A stretch of 64,000 nt of DNA. Origin: Saprospiraceae bacterium (GTDB lineage Bacteria; Bacteroidota; Bacteroidia; Chitinophagales; Saprospiraceae). The number at the start of each line of letters is the position of its first letter. Within the stretch, counting starts at the first letter, position 1. Below the pieces are notes generated by a model. The model did no database searches. It was not told the origin of the DNA and worked only from the letters and a program-made list of their open reading frames with translations. Location: assembly GCA_043748345.1 (NCBI GenBank), contig JAYTNJ010000086.1:7259-71258 (forward strand), given 5' to 3'. A program made the translations under genes and the position numbers. Positions 46,201 to 53,794 of the stretch are shown here, one piece after another.

Positions 46201-46262
46201 ACAATATCAGTATTTCAATCAATGGTGCCCAAGTCATCAGAAAACTTATAAGAATAGAATAG
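43224..46262 (+). CDS. Large T9SS-sorted adhesin-like protein: N-terminal domain, three Cys-bounded modules, three SdrD B-like (Cna-B type) repeats, T9SS C-terminal domain. True start probably upstream of 43224.
   Basis: SdrD-B-like repeats (GEFVWHDLNANGQQDPGE.G.PG, GDLVWYDINKNDVWDSNENGINGL, GNLVWKDNNVNGIQDANEPRVPG). C-terminal LYPNPARSETSVQI...GAYNISISINGAQVIRKLIRIE (T9SS CTD). The signal-peptide-like sequence (KKSKVIGTKIIIIINILILCHQLFGQS) lies mostly upstream of the TTG chosen by the ORF track. Confidence 0.85.
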   Translation: MILCHQLFGQSATKGITFVHGTKEMTIFRAHSFINGGSGLLPGIVGTKRNGPTFLSFAGNASVANVSDGAHVDGYVKNYNIPNFIFPVGDNGVYGPVGIDATTLSSPVTSAYFRANPDVAVTSSVLGGNELPLPAGAPFSTLSMGIGIIKVSKIEYWDLNGTSPVKITLYWNSGSQINTLTGNMLSSLRLSGWDGSKWVEIPAAINLGSSLVSGSITSNTALAPNQYNVYTFGSTDCVNKSLLTISDLSCNGSTYNISFLSNGAFVTTSAGTISGNSILNIPIGTNVTLSADNGLGCLNRIVVTGPKSCTDNCILPIFSVGQAICNGPGSTTYRVSFSELSGATISTNAGIRSGNIINNIPIGTNLMITASNSSCNFSYTITSPASCTNPCENPRISISGPFCSPDISNYYVNYVSIPGATVSSDFGAVKPGQITDIPYNIKSTIIVRYPGCPDQTLEILPPVCKNTSALGEFVWHDLNANGQQDPGEHGFPGLQINLFRASGAYITTTFTNPLGKYLFENLYPGSYYLEFKTPAGFERTFSNRGNDNTDNDIDGINGPGTTSATLLTLDEKDFTLSAGFYKCVPVGDLVWYDINKNDVWDSNENGINGLIVNLWRNNSGSWDIYDFKYTGQKPGTPSDDGYFLFCAPPGEYYLEVIMPPLGLVRARPNIGNNEEFDSDIKSNGSSDIFQLISGQTKTDFGAGFYPMALAGNLVWKDNNVNGIQDANEPRVPGIKVEAIELGTGKVVRTTFTNDDGIYKIEYLEKQQYYIRFAPPSGFGATVPRATSDNLDSDVDHSYGPYTTRGFLFEPGLANDNIDMGLAFGVLPVDWLDIYARRVNNSHIISWSVSGEVNVSHYLVERRRNNENDFRPISGKVDAKGNSNQLHNYDYTDSDSESPGTYYYRVKQVDFDGQFTYSNVVKLDFLEENQVRLYPNPARSETSVQISLAHDAEVLIEMYDGASKLVKVFKFAEVQKSGEKTYVLNLEDVPVGAYNISISINGAQVIRKLIRIE

Positions 46263-46340
46263 GCTGAATCTTTATTACGCTTTTTCAATCCAATAAATTA
46301 TAATTTCTTATTTTTATCGTTTACAAATACATGCCAAATA

Positions 46341-46997
46341 ATGAGTCTCTTAAAATCTAAAGATACACCTGAAAATATGCTCATATCGTATATGATACTC
46401 AGGAAACTAATCGGCGCTTTAGGAGTTTTACTTCCCGTTATTTTATTATTAGGTTGTTGTATTTATTGCGGAGAATGCCGGAAATCTTCGATAAGTGCCT
46501 ATTACAATACCAGTATGCGTGATATTTTTGTAGGAACATTATCTGCTATTGCCGTCTTTTTGTTTTGTTACAAAGGGTATGAATCTGAAGACCATATCGC
46601 AAGCAGTTGGGCGGGAGCATCAGCATTAGGTGTAGCTTTGTTTGGAACAGATCCTGAAGGGCAAGTGCTTTCAATTTCCGGTATCATCCATTATATTAGT
46701 GCCATTTCTTTTTTTGGTTCTTTGGCCTATTTTTGTTTAATCCTATTCACAAAGACATCACTGACTCACAAGCCAACTTCTATGAAGTTGTTGCGAAATA
46801 AAATATTTAAAACTTGTGGATACATCATGGTAATAAGTATGATTTTTATACTAACGTACATGCTTTGGTTATCTAAAATTTTACCAAACATTGCAAAATA
46901 TTCTCCAGTATTCTGGTTGGAAACAATTGCTTTGTGGGCATTTGGGGTCTCCTGGATGGCCAAAGGCGAAATCATGTTTGCTGATAAACCAGCATAA
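46341..46997 (+). CDS. Polytopic membrane protein, function unknown
   Basis: 218-aa ORF with about six hydrophobic helices. No motif recognised with confidence. Confidence 0.6.
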   Translation: MSLLKSKDTPENMLISYMILRKLIGALGVLLPVILLLGCCIYCGECRKSSISAYYNTSMRDIFVGTLSAIAVFLFCYKGYESEDHIASSWAGASALGVALFGTDPEGQVLSISGIIHYISAISFFGSLAYFCLILFTKTSLTHKPTSMKLLRNKIFKTCGYIMVISMIFILTYMLWLSKILPNIAKYSPVFWLETIALWAFGVSWMAKGEIMFADKPA

Positions 46998-47073
46998 AAA
47001 AGTCACATTAACAATCTTAGCTGCATAAGTATTGTCAGCTCATTATTTTTTAAAAAGGAAGAAAGATTTAAAT

Positions 47074-49896
47074 TTATCTTCGCTGACCTGTAAATAAAGT
47101 ATTGGCATTTCGTTGACCATAGTCGTATTTCAGAAAACTCAATGAGCTTGATTTTACCCCAATAAAAAAACTGTAAACACCGTTGGATGGCGCCCACGTA
47201 AAGTTCATTTGCCAGCAATGGAGGTCTCTGGCAAAACTGAAATAGGGATATACAAAAGCCTTGCTTTTAAAATCATACGCTATATTTCCAACGTTCATAT
47301 TCCAATTTTTGGTCAGAGGTATTGACCCTGAGACATTGATAGAATGGCTTTGTACAAAAAATGTATCCTTACCGTTATATTTTGAGAGTTCAAAATTGAA
47401 AGCATGGGAGATATTAAAATTTTCAAACCAATCAGCCAATGATGTCTCCGGCTTTACTGGTTTCTCACCAGTATTGGGGGCTTCATTCGTATTGGTTGTG
47501 ATGTCAGGTCGACCAGCTGGGACTTGAGGCTTGTTTTGTTGATTAGGGGTTTGAGCCAAAGGTTCTTCTTTTTTTCCTGCAAATATCTGCCTGATTCTGC
47601 CGAAAGAAATACTGGTTGAAAACTGACCGGAAAAATTCCTAAACTCCAGTGGTCTTTTGCGGTTGTCCCAAACAGTTTCTCTGGTCTTTTGGTTTTTAAT
47701 ATCGTGTGCGTAAGGACTGTAAAGTGCTCTGAAATTAAAACTAGTCAGTCCCCTGAGCACGGTTGTATTTCCACTAAGACTTACATCACTGAATTTAAAT
47801 GAATCTGCGATAAAATTGTAAGATCCATTGATACTGATATTGTCAAAAAGCCTGATGATTTTTTCTGTTGAATCCTTACGGGACCAATGTTTGGCTTCAA
47901 CTACATTTGTTATGCCGTAGCCAATACCCATCTGCTCATCAGAACCTTGTAAGGTACCAAATGGACTATTGGTAAAAATACTGTAAGTTCTCGGATTATT
48001 AAATTGTGATCTTGTATCCGTATTGACAACAGCTTCATATTTTTCTCTGGTACCTGGCTGGTAAAAAAAACTTACATTAGGCTTTACCACATGCCTGAAT
48101 CCTCTGATGAAACCTTTATTCCACTTTTTTGTAAAGAAACGCTGTGTATTGAGAGAAATAGCGGCATTAAAATTTCTGAATGCGTTAAATCCGGATACAA
48201 AAGATTCTTCAGCGGCCTTAAAACCTAATGTATCGCGAGTGATTTGATCCTTGTAAATGACACTGTCAGGATTAAATGTTAAATTATATTTTTTGAGGAG
48301 CCATGCTTCATCATAGTTAATACCTGGGGAAACATTGATGTAGTTAAACAATCTAAAATTAGTACTCAAAGATGCTCTGTGCTGTAGTCCTGTCTGTATA
48401 TCTTTAAGCGTTTGTTGTGTAAAAAGTGTAGTATCCGTAGTTTTTACAAAATTTCTGAATTCTGAACTGTAAGACAAGGCGATATTATCTGTCCAGATTT
48501 CTTTTGTACTGTTTTTCTTTTTAAATGGATAAATGGTATTCATACGCAAAGACACATTAGGAAGGGTAATGTCCATTGCTCTGGTTTGGGTATTCTGGCT
48601 ATGTCTGAATTCTGCACTTAGCCGAAAAGGTGTACCAGGCATATCATGGGAGAATGTAAAGTTGGAAGAGTAAGTATTGTTTAAAGCCGAGACGGGATTT
48701 TCATAAGTCCTCTGATCATATCTGTTGGTTTGTATATTGACAGACCCTCCCAGATTTCGATAAGGATGGGCCTTAGTATCCTGACGATGACTGATACTTA
48801 TATTAAATGATTTAGCAGAGATTTTAGAACCGTCAGCGTCACTATCCCTAATATTATTTGAATATCCCAATAAAATATTTCCTGAATATCCATACCTTTT
48901 TTTGTACGTAGTATTTACCCTTACACCATGCGAACCACGTGTGTAAATATCTCCGGTCATTCTCATGTCTACATAATCGTTTACAGGCCAGTAATATCCC
49001 ACTTCTCTGAATCCCAGACCAAGCTGCTCATTGTACTCATAGCTGGAAGGAAAAATAAGACCCGACGATTTTCCCTGAATCAAAGGAAAAAATCCAAATG
49101 GGAGAAACAAAGGTGTAGGTACTCTGGCTATTTCAACTTGAGCCACACTCATTACAGCCACTTTATTAGGTACAAATTTCAATTTGCCAGCCCTAATCCC
49201 AAAGTGAGGCGGATCATGATTACAAGTGGTAATGATTGCCCCTTTGTTATAAATTTCATCGTCAGCCTTGACTCCGAGCGAATCCGTCAGTCCTGAGACA
49301 AACTTGGTACGCGAGCCTACCAGATTAAACTCACCTTGCTGGGTTATAGCGTGGTCAACCAATCCCTTTTTTGATTTGAAATTATACTTTATTTCTCTAT
49401 AAGTAAATGTATTATCCCCCTCCGTAAATGTGGGTTTTTCTTTACCTGTTATGACACCTTCCTTATTAAGAAATCCTTCTACAGTATTATTGGCAAAATC
49501 GATGATCATGTAATTGGCTGTGAGTTTTATCTTCTGGTATTCCACCTGTGCCCCGCCGTAAAGATGTATTTTATCATTTTCAATATCTATCCATGATGAA
49601 TCACGTGCATTATAAATGACCTCTCCATCAAGAGCATCCTTTGATATTTTGTATTCAGGTACATTTGACTTTAAAGTATCGTTTTTGAGTAAGCTGGTAT
49701 CCTTCTCAAACCTTGCCTTAAAAAAATCTTTTGGGACAGACGTAGAAAAACTTGACTTCAATGTGTCAAATGGAACGATTATTGTATCTGATATATTAGA
49801 ATTTTTTTTTATAGGTATTACTGAAGTATTTTGCGCTTTTAAGGTATTTAAAAGACATATTAAATAAAATATAACTATGTAATTAATTCTTTTCAA
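47074..49896 (-). CDS. lptD: LPS-assembly outer-membrane protein LptD-like (Bacteroidota type)
   Basis: N-terminal OstA-like beta-jellyroll (IHLYGGAQVEYQKIKLTANYMIIDFANNTVEG) followed by a very large beta-barrel region. Start placed at TTG 49896 (MKRINYIVIFYLICLLNTLKAQ, a good signal peptide), because the ORF-track start at 49965 lies upstream of the candidate -7 box. Confidence 0.75.
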   Translation of the reverse strand: MKRINYIVIFYLICLLNTLKAQNTSVIPIKKNSNISDTIIVPFDTLKSSFSTSVPKDFFKARFEKDTSLLKNDTLKSNVPEYKISKDALDGEVIYNARDSSWIDIENDKIHLYGGAQVEYQKIKLTANYMIIDFANNTVEGFLNKEGVITGKEKPTFTEGDNTFTYREIKYNFKSKKGLVDHAITQQGEFNLVGSRTKFVSGLTDSLGVKADDEIYNKGAIITTCNHDPPHFGIRAGKLKFVPNKVAVMSVAQVEIARVPTPLFLPFGFFPLIQGKSSGLIFPSSYEYNEQLGLGFREVGYYWPVNDYVDMRMTGDIYTRGSHGVRVNTTYKKRYGYSGNILLGYSNNIRDSDADGSKISAKSFNISISHRQDTKAHPYRNLGGSVNIQTNRYDQRTYENPVSALNNTYSSNFTFSHDMPGTPFRLSAEFRHSQNTQTRAMDITLPNVSLRMNTIYPFKKKNSTKEIWTDNIALSYSSEFRNFVKTTDTTLFTQQTLKDIQTGLQHRASLSTNFRLFNYINVSPGINYDEAWLLKKYNLTFNPDSVIYKDQITRDTLGFKAAEESFVSGFNAFRNFNAAISLNTQRFFTKKWNKGFIRGFRHVVKPNVSFFYQPGTREKYEAVVNTDTRSQFNNPRTYSIFTNSPFGTLQGSDEQMGIGYGITNVVEAKHWSRKDSTEKIIRLFDNISINGSYNFIADSFKFSDVSLSGNTTVLRGLTSFNFRALYSPYAHDIKNQKTRETVWDNRKRPLEFRNFSGQFSTSISFGRIRQIFAGKKEEPLAQTPNQQNKPQVPAGRPDITTNTNEAPNTGEKPVKPETSLADWFENFNISHAFNFELSKYNGKDTFFVQSHSINVSGSIPLTKNWNMNVGNIAYDFKSKAFVYPYFSFARDLHCWQMNFTWAPSNGVYSFFIGVKSSSLSFLKYDYGQRNANTLFTGQRR

Positions 49897-49929
49897 GATG
49901 TTTACATCTAATATATTATAATAATTTAT

Positions 49930-49937
49930 TATATTTG
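49930..49937 (+). promoter_or_regulatory. Candidate -7 box TAtaTTTG for the amidase gene
   Basis: 28 nt upstream of ATG 49965. Confidence 0.45.
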
Positions 49938-49951
49938 CATTTCTAAAATCA

Positions 49952-49959
49952 CAAAAATA
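49952..49959 (-). promoter_or_regulatory. Candidate -7 box (reverse complement TAttTTTG) for lptD
   Basis: caaaaata on the plus strand, back-to-back with the amidase -7 box. Confidence 0.4.
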
Positions 49960-49964
49960 CGCCA

Positions 49965-51275
49965 ATGGTCTCAGATTTCATTCAAAAGAACACTACAATC
50001 TTACGTATTTTGATAATTATAACGTCATTGATTTATTATATGTCTTCAACACTTCAGGCTTCTGACGTTAAAGTTATCCTAAATAGCAAAGATTTATCCA
50101 TTCAGAATGGAGATGATAAAATAAAGATAAAATCACGTACCAATATCTTATATCCCACAAAAGGCCGTAAAAAAAATATACGTATTGTATTAGACGCCGG
50201 ACATGGGGGCCATGATAGTGGTGCCGTTGGTAAAAATTCACTAGAAAAAGATCTTGCATTGAAAATGGCTTTGAAGGCCGGAGAAATGATTGAAAAAAAA
50301 TATCCTGATGTCGAGGTATTTCAGACCAGAACGACCGATGTTTTTATTCCTTTGTTCAGAAGGATTCAGTACGCCAACGAGCAAAATGCAGATATTTTTA
50401 TTTCTATCCACTGTAATTTCATCAGCAACCCCAAAACACGAGGTACTGAAACTTTTGTAATGGGGCTTCATAGGGCAAGTGATAATCTTGAAGTGGCAAA
50501 ACGTGAGAATGCTTCCATACTTCTGGAGCCAAACTATGAATCTAATTATGATGGATTTGATCCAGGCTCTCCCGAGGGACATATAGTTGTCTCTATGTAT
50601 CAGAATAATTATATCGAAAAGAGTATAGAACTCGCAGCAAACATTGAAGAACAATTCGGAAAGAAACATATGAGTAAAAGTCGCGGGGTCAAGCAGGCTG
50701 GATTCGCAGTATTGCGAAGATCAAGCATGCCTGCTGTACTCGTAGAAGCAGGCTTCCTGAGCAATGAAGTAGAAGAAGCCTTCCTTATGACAGATGAAGG
50801 TCAATCCGCTATTGCTGAGTCTATTATCAAAGCTTTTGATAAGTACTATACCAATAATCTAGCAAAGAAGCAGCCTTCCGAAGCTCTTTCAGCTGTTAAT
50901 GAAGCATCGGACGATAAAACTTTTGCAAATAAATCAAAATCCACGATCATAAATCAAAGCCAAAAAGTCGATGGAAAAAATGAAATACATATTCTGCCGA
51001 AATCAAATGATGATTTGACTTCTTCAGGTAAAAATACTAGGGATGATAATCATTTACAGAAATTTAAAGTCCAGATTGCTGCTTTTAAAAATGAGCTCGC
51101 TGATCTCGATTCTGCCGAACTCCGCAAAATTGGAGCTTTATCTGTAAGAAAACAAAGTGATGTCAACAAATATCTTGTAGGCGATTTCGTAAGCCGTGAG
51201 TCAGCAGAAATAGCCAGGGAAAAACTAAAAAATCTTGGCTACAAAGGAGCATTTATTGTACCAGTTACAGAGTAA
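49965..51275 (+). CDS. N-acetylmuramoyl-L-alanine amidase (Amidase_3) with C-terminal SPOR domain
   Basis: IVLDAGHGGHDSGAVG, DIFISIHCN, GTETFV and VLVEAGFLSN motifs. C-terminal KFKVQIAAFKN...LGYKGAFIV (SPOR). Confidence 0.88.
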   Translation: MVSDFIQKNTTILRILIIITSLIYYMSSTLQASDVKVILNSKDLSIQNGDDKIKIKSRTNILYPTKGRKKNIRIVLDAGHGGHDSGAVGKNSLEKDLALKMALKAGEMIEKKYPDVEVFQTRTTDVFIPLFRRIQYANEQNADIFISIHCNFISNPKTRGTETFVMGLHRASDNLEVAKRENASILLEPNYESNYDGFDPGSPEGHIVVSMYQNNYIEKSIELAANIEEQFGKKHMSKSRGVKQAGFAVLRRSSMPAVLVEAGFLSNEVEEAFLMTDEGQSAIAESIIKAFDKYYTNNLAKKQPSEALSAVNEASDDKTFANKSKSTIINQSQKVDGKNEIHILPKSNDDLTSSGKNTRDDNHLQKFKVQIAAFKNELADLDSAELRKIGALSVRKQSDVNKYLVGDFVSRESAEIAREKLKNLGYKGAFIVPVTE

Positions 51276-51322
51276 AATTATTTCCAATAAAACATTTTAG
51301 CCACACGAATCGTTAATTTCTA

Positions 51323-51330
51323 TAACTTTG
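51323..51330 (+). promoter_or_regulatory. Candidate -7 box TAacTTTG
   Basis: 29 nt upstream of ATG 51359. Confidence 0.45.
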
Positions 51331-51358
51331 CACATTTAAAAGCCAAAGTTTATTTTTT

Positions 51359-52417
51359 ATGTCTCGTGAGCTCAAAATCGGTATCCTAACCTTTATAGTA
51401 TTAGTTACTATGATCTGGGGTTATACCTTCCTTAAAGGCAGGAACCTTCTTACTTCTTCCAACGAATTATTTACGACTTATTCCGATGTGTCGGGTTTGA
51501 ACGTATCTTCACCGATATTGGTCAATGGCTATAAGATAGGCACTGTAACAAAAATTCTCCTTAGTGAATCTAGTGTCAAACAAATGGAGGTGCGCTACCT
51601 GATCGATAGTGATTATAAAATACCAAAAAATGCTATCGCAAAACTTAAAACACTAGGAATTGTGGACGGCAAAGGTATTTTTCTTGAATTTAGTAAAGAA
51701 TGTACGGGGACTGATTGTGCAGTAAATGGAGATGAGCTCAAAGGAGAAACAGTCAGTTTGCTTGACGCCATGCTTGGGGATTCAGATGTGTCAGCCTATA
51801 GTACAGAACTTACAAAATCTGTCAGAGGCATAGTCAGCAACATAGGTAAAGAAGGAGAACCTGGCGCTATTAATGAGACAGTAAGACAGCTGGAAATAAT
51901 TTCAAAAAATATGGCTGTAATTTCTTCAACTGCCAACGCTTTGATGACCAACTCATCGGCAGGTCTTAAGAAAACGGTTGATAATATGGCTGCAATTACA
52001 ACTTCTCTGGCCAAAAGTAATCAGAAAATTGAAGGAATTTTAACTAATCTGGACAAGATAAGCGGCGATATTTCAAAGTCCAACCTTAATAACACCATCT
52101 CAAAAACCAACGAAACACTAGATGCATCAAAAGAAGCCGTTAAAGAGCTAAAGACTACACTTAACACTGCAAATACTTCTATGAAAGACTTGAGCGAAGT
52201 GCTCAATAAGGTACAAAAGGGAGAAGGCACTATGGCAAAACTGATGAATGATAAAAAATTGTATGATAATATAGAAGCATCCACTAAGAATTTAAATCTG
52301 CTTCTTCAAGATCTAAGACTCAACCCAAAACGTTATGCCCACTTTTCGGTATTCGGCAAAAAACAAAAAGAATTTACACTGCCTGAAAGTGATCCTGCTA
52401 TCAAAGAAGATAAATAA
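51359..52417 (+). CDS. MlaD/MCE family protein
   Basis: N-terminal TM anchor plus MCE domain (ELKIGILTF....GL...SPILVNGYKIGTV), followed by a long helical C-terminal region. Confidence 0.8.
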   Translation: MSRELKIGILTFIVLVTMIWGYTFLKGRNLLTSSNELFTTYSDVSGLNVSSPILVNGYKIGTVTKILLSESSVKQMEVRYLIDSDYKIPKNAIAKLKTLGIVDGKGIFLEFSKECTGTDCAVNGDELKGETVSLLDAMLGDSDVSAYSTELTKSVRGIVSNIGKEGEPGAINETVRQLEIISKNMAVISSTANALMTNSSAGLKKTVDNMAAITTSLAKSNQKIEGILTNLDKISGDISKSNLNNTISKTNETLDASKEAVKELKTTLNTANTSMKDLSEVLNKVQKGEGTMAKLMNDKKLYDNIEASTKNLNLLLQDLRLNPKRYAHFSVFGKKQKEFTLPESDPAIKEDK

Positions 52418-52502
52418 TTGAGTTTGTAATTTTTTTATCTTCAGTTTTGACATTAGAGGATCCCACCAAAACTATCGATGAGTCATAACCTTATTACAAA
52501 AT

Positions 52503-52538
52503 AAAACCCGAATAACAAATTCAGGCTATTCGGGTTTT
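52503..52538. terminator. Bidirectional intrinsic terminator between convergent genes
   Basis: Perfect 12-bp stem aaaacccgaata / tattcgggtttt (52503-52514, 52527-52538), with A/T runs on both sides. Confidence 0.7.
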
Positions 52539-52565
52539 ATTGAATATCAAAACTTCTTCGAAATA

Positions 52566-53156
52566 TTATTTCTTAACTTTTATAGAACAGCCAATAGCTT
52601 TTGTGGTAGATGGACTAGGTTCTGAACCTTTTTCCAAGGCAGCTATAGCATTCTCCAGATACTTTTCTTTTACTAATGACGGTTCATCAGCATTATCATC
52701 AACGGCACCGATATATTTAACTATTAGGTTTTTATCCAATAGAAAGACATGAGGAGTTTTAGTAGCTCCGTACTGAGGATAAATTTGTTGTCCTTCATCA
52801 AATAGATATGGAAAAATAAACCCTTTTTCAGTTGCTCTTTCCTTCATCATAGCATAGCTGTCAGCAGGCTGAACACTTGGGTCATTTGGATTTATTGCCA
52901 TAAGAATGTATCCCTTTGGAGTATATTTTTTTGATAATTCATTTACCCTATCTTCATATTTCACTGCAAAAGGGCAAGAATTGCAGGTAAAGACAACAAT
53001 AAACCCATTGGCATTTTTAAAATCTGCCATACTATACATTTTACCATCCACAGATTTTAGTTTAAAATCTGCTGCTTTGTCTCCTGGTTTATAGCCTACT
53101 GAAGGCGTTACAAAAAAAGAAGAAAAGATAAAAACAAACTGAAATAAAACACTCAT
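52566..53156 (-). CDS. Thioredoxin-fold redoxin (AhpC/TSA-TlpA-like) with CxxC
   Basis: Signal peptide. FTCNSCPF active-site motif. Redoxin-like fold pattern. Confidence 0.75.
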   Translation of the reverse strand: MSVLFQFVFIFSSFFVTPSVGYKPGDKAADFKLKSVDGKMYSMADFKNANGFIVVFTCNSCPFAVKYEDRVNELSKKYTPKGYILMAINPNDPSVQPADSYAMMKERATEKGFIFPYLFDEGQQIYPQYGATKTPHVFLLDKNLIVKYIGAVDDNADEPSLVKEKYLENAIAALEKGSEPSPSTTKAIGCSIKVKK

Positions 53157-53171
53157 ATTCTATTATGATTT

Positions 53172-53663
53172 TTATAGTGATGAAATAAATGAAAATACAA
53201 AACCAGACAAATCTTCTTTACTCTCAAACTCCCTTTCTGTAAATAGTTTTTTATTGCCTCTGATCAGAAGTGTAGCAGGAATTGATCCTGACCATTCCTC
53301 ATCCACAATCGACAGCCAGCTATTATAATCCTTATCAGTGAGCGCTAATGCTTTTGCAGTGTAATTGTTCTTTTTCAGAAATGGTAAAAGTTGACTCTCT
53401 ATCTTACTTTTAAAGTCTAAACTAACCAGAATGACTTTAATTTTTTTATCTGAAATATTTTGATGAAATGTCTCAAAATAGGGTAACTCCTTGACACAGG
53501 GACTGCACCAGGTAGCCCAGAAATTAATAACATATGTGGTATCGTTATTTTTGAAATTATCTTTTGCCAACTCAGCGTAGTCATTATAAACTTTTACATC
53601 CTGAGCACTTGCAAAAGAAGCTATAAACAGAGTAAAAAATAAAAATATAATCCTTTTAATCAT
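53172..53663 (-). CDS. TlpA-like thiol:disulfide oxidoreductase
   Basis: Signal peptide MIKRIIFLFFTLFIASFASAQ. FWATWCSPC thioredoxin motif. ATG 53663 preferred. Confidence 0.8.
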   Translation of the reverse strand: MIKRIIFLFFTLFIASFASAQDVKVYNDYAELAKDNFKNNDTTYVINFWATWCSPCVKELPYFETFHQNISDKKIKVILVSLDFKSKIESQLLPFLKKNNYTAKALALTDKDYNSWLSIVDEEWSGSIPATLLIRGNKKLFTEREFESKEDLSGFVFSFISSL

Positions 53664-53753
53664 GCGTAGTAAACGTAAATCTACAAATAATGTTTTGTCA
53701 GATATCAGAATCAATGGAGTTGATTATCATTTTGGATATTTGTGTTATTACGT

Positions 53754-53761
53754 TACCTTTG
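53754..53761 (+). promoter_or_regulatory. Candidate -7 box TAccTTTG for purF
   Basis: 34 nt upstream of ATG 53795. A TTG-containing stretch lies ~20 nt further upstream. Confidence 0.45.
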
Positions 53762-53794
53762 CGGTACCATCAGAAAATGATATAATCCTCTTGC

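Noticed and set aside
38192-46262. Interpretation of the tail-fibre-like genes as a prophage or a contractile injection system remnant.
   Set aside because: There is no integrase, terminase, portal, capsid, sheath, tube, baseplate or lysis gene in the flanking 15 kb on either side. All five proteins have Sec signal peptides, and one has a T9SS CTD. Both point to cellular secreted proteins.
47003-47218. 71-aa minus-strand ORF overlapping the 3' end of lptD.
   Set aside because: It is out of frame with, and mostly contained in, the lptD coding region, and has no recognisable features.
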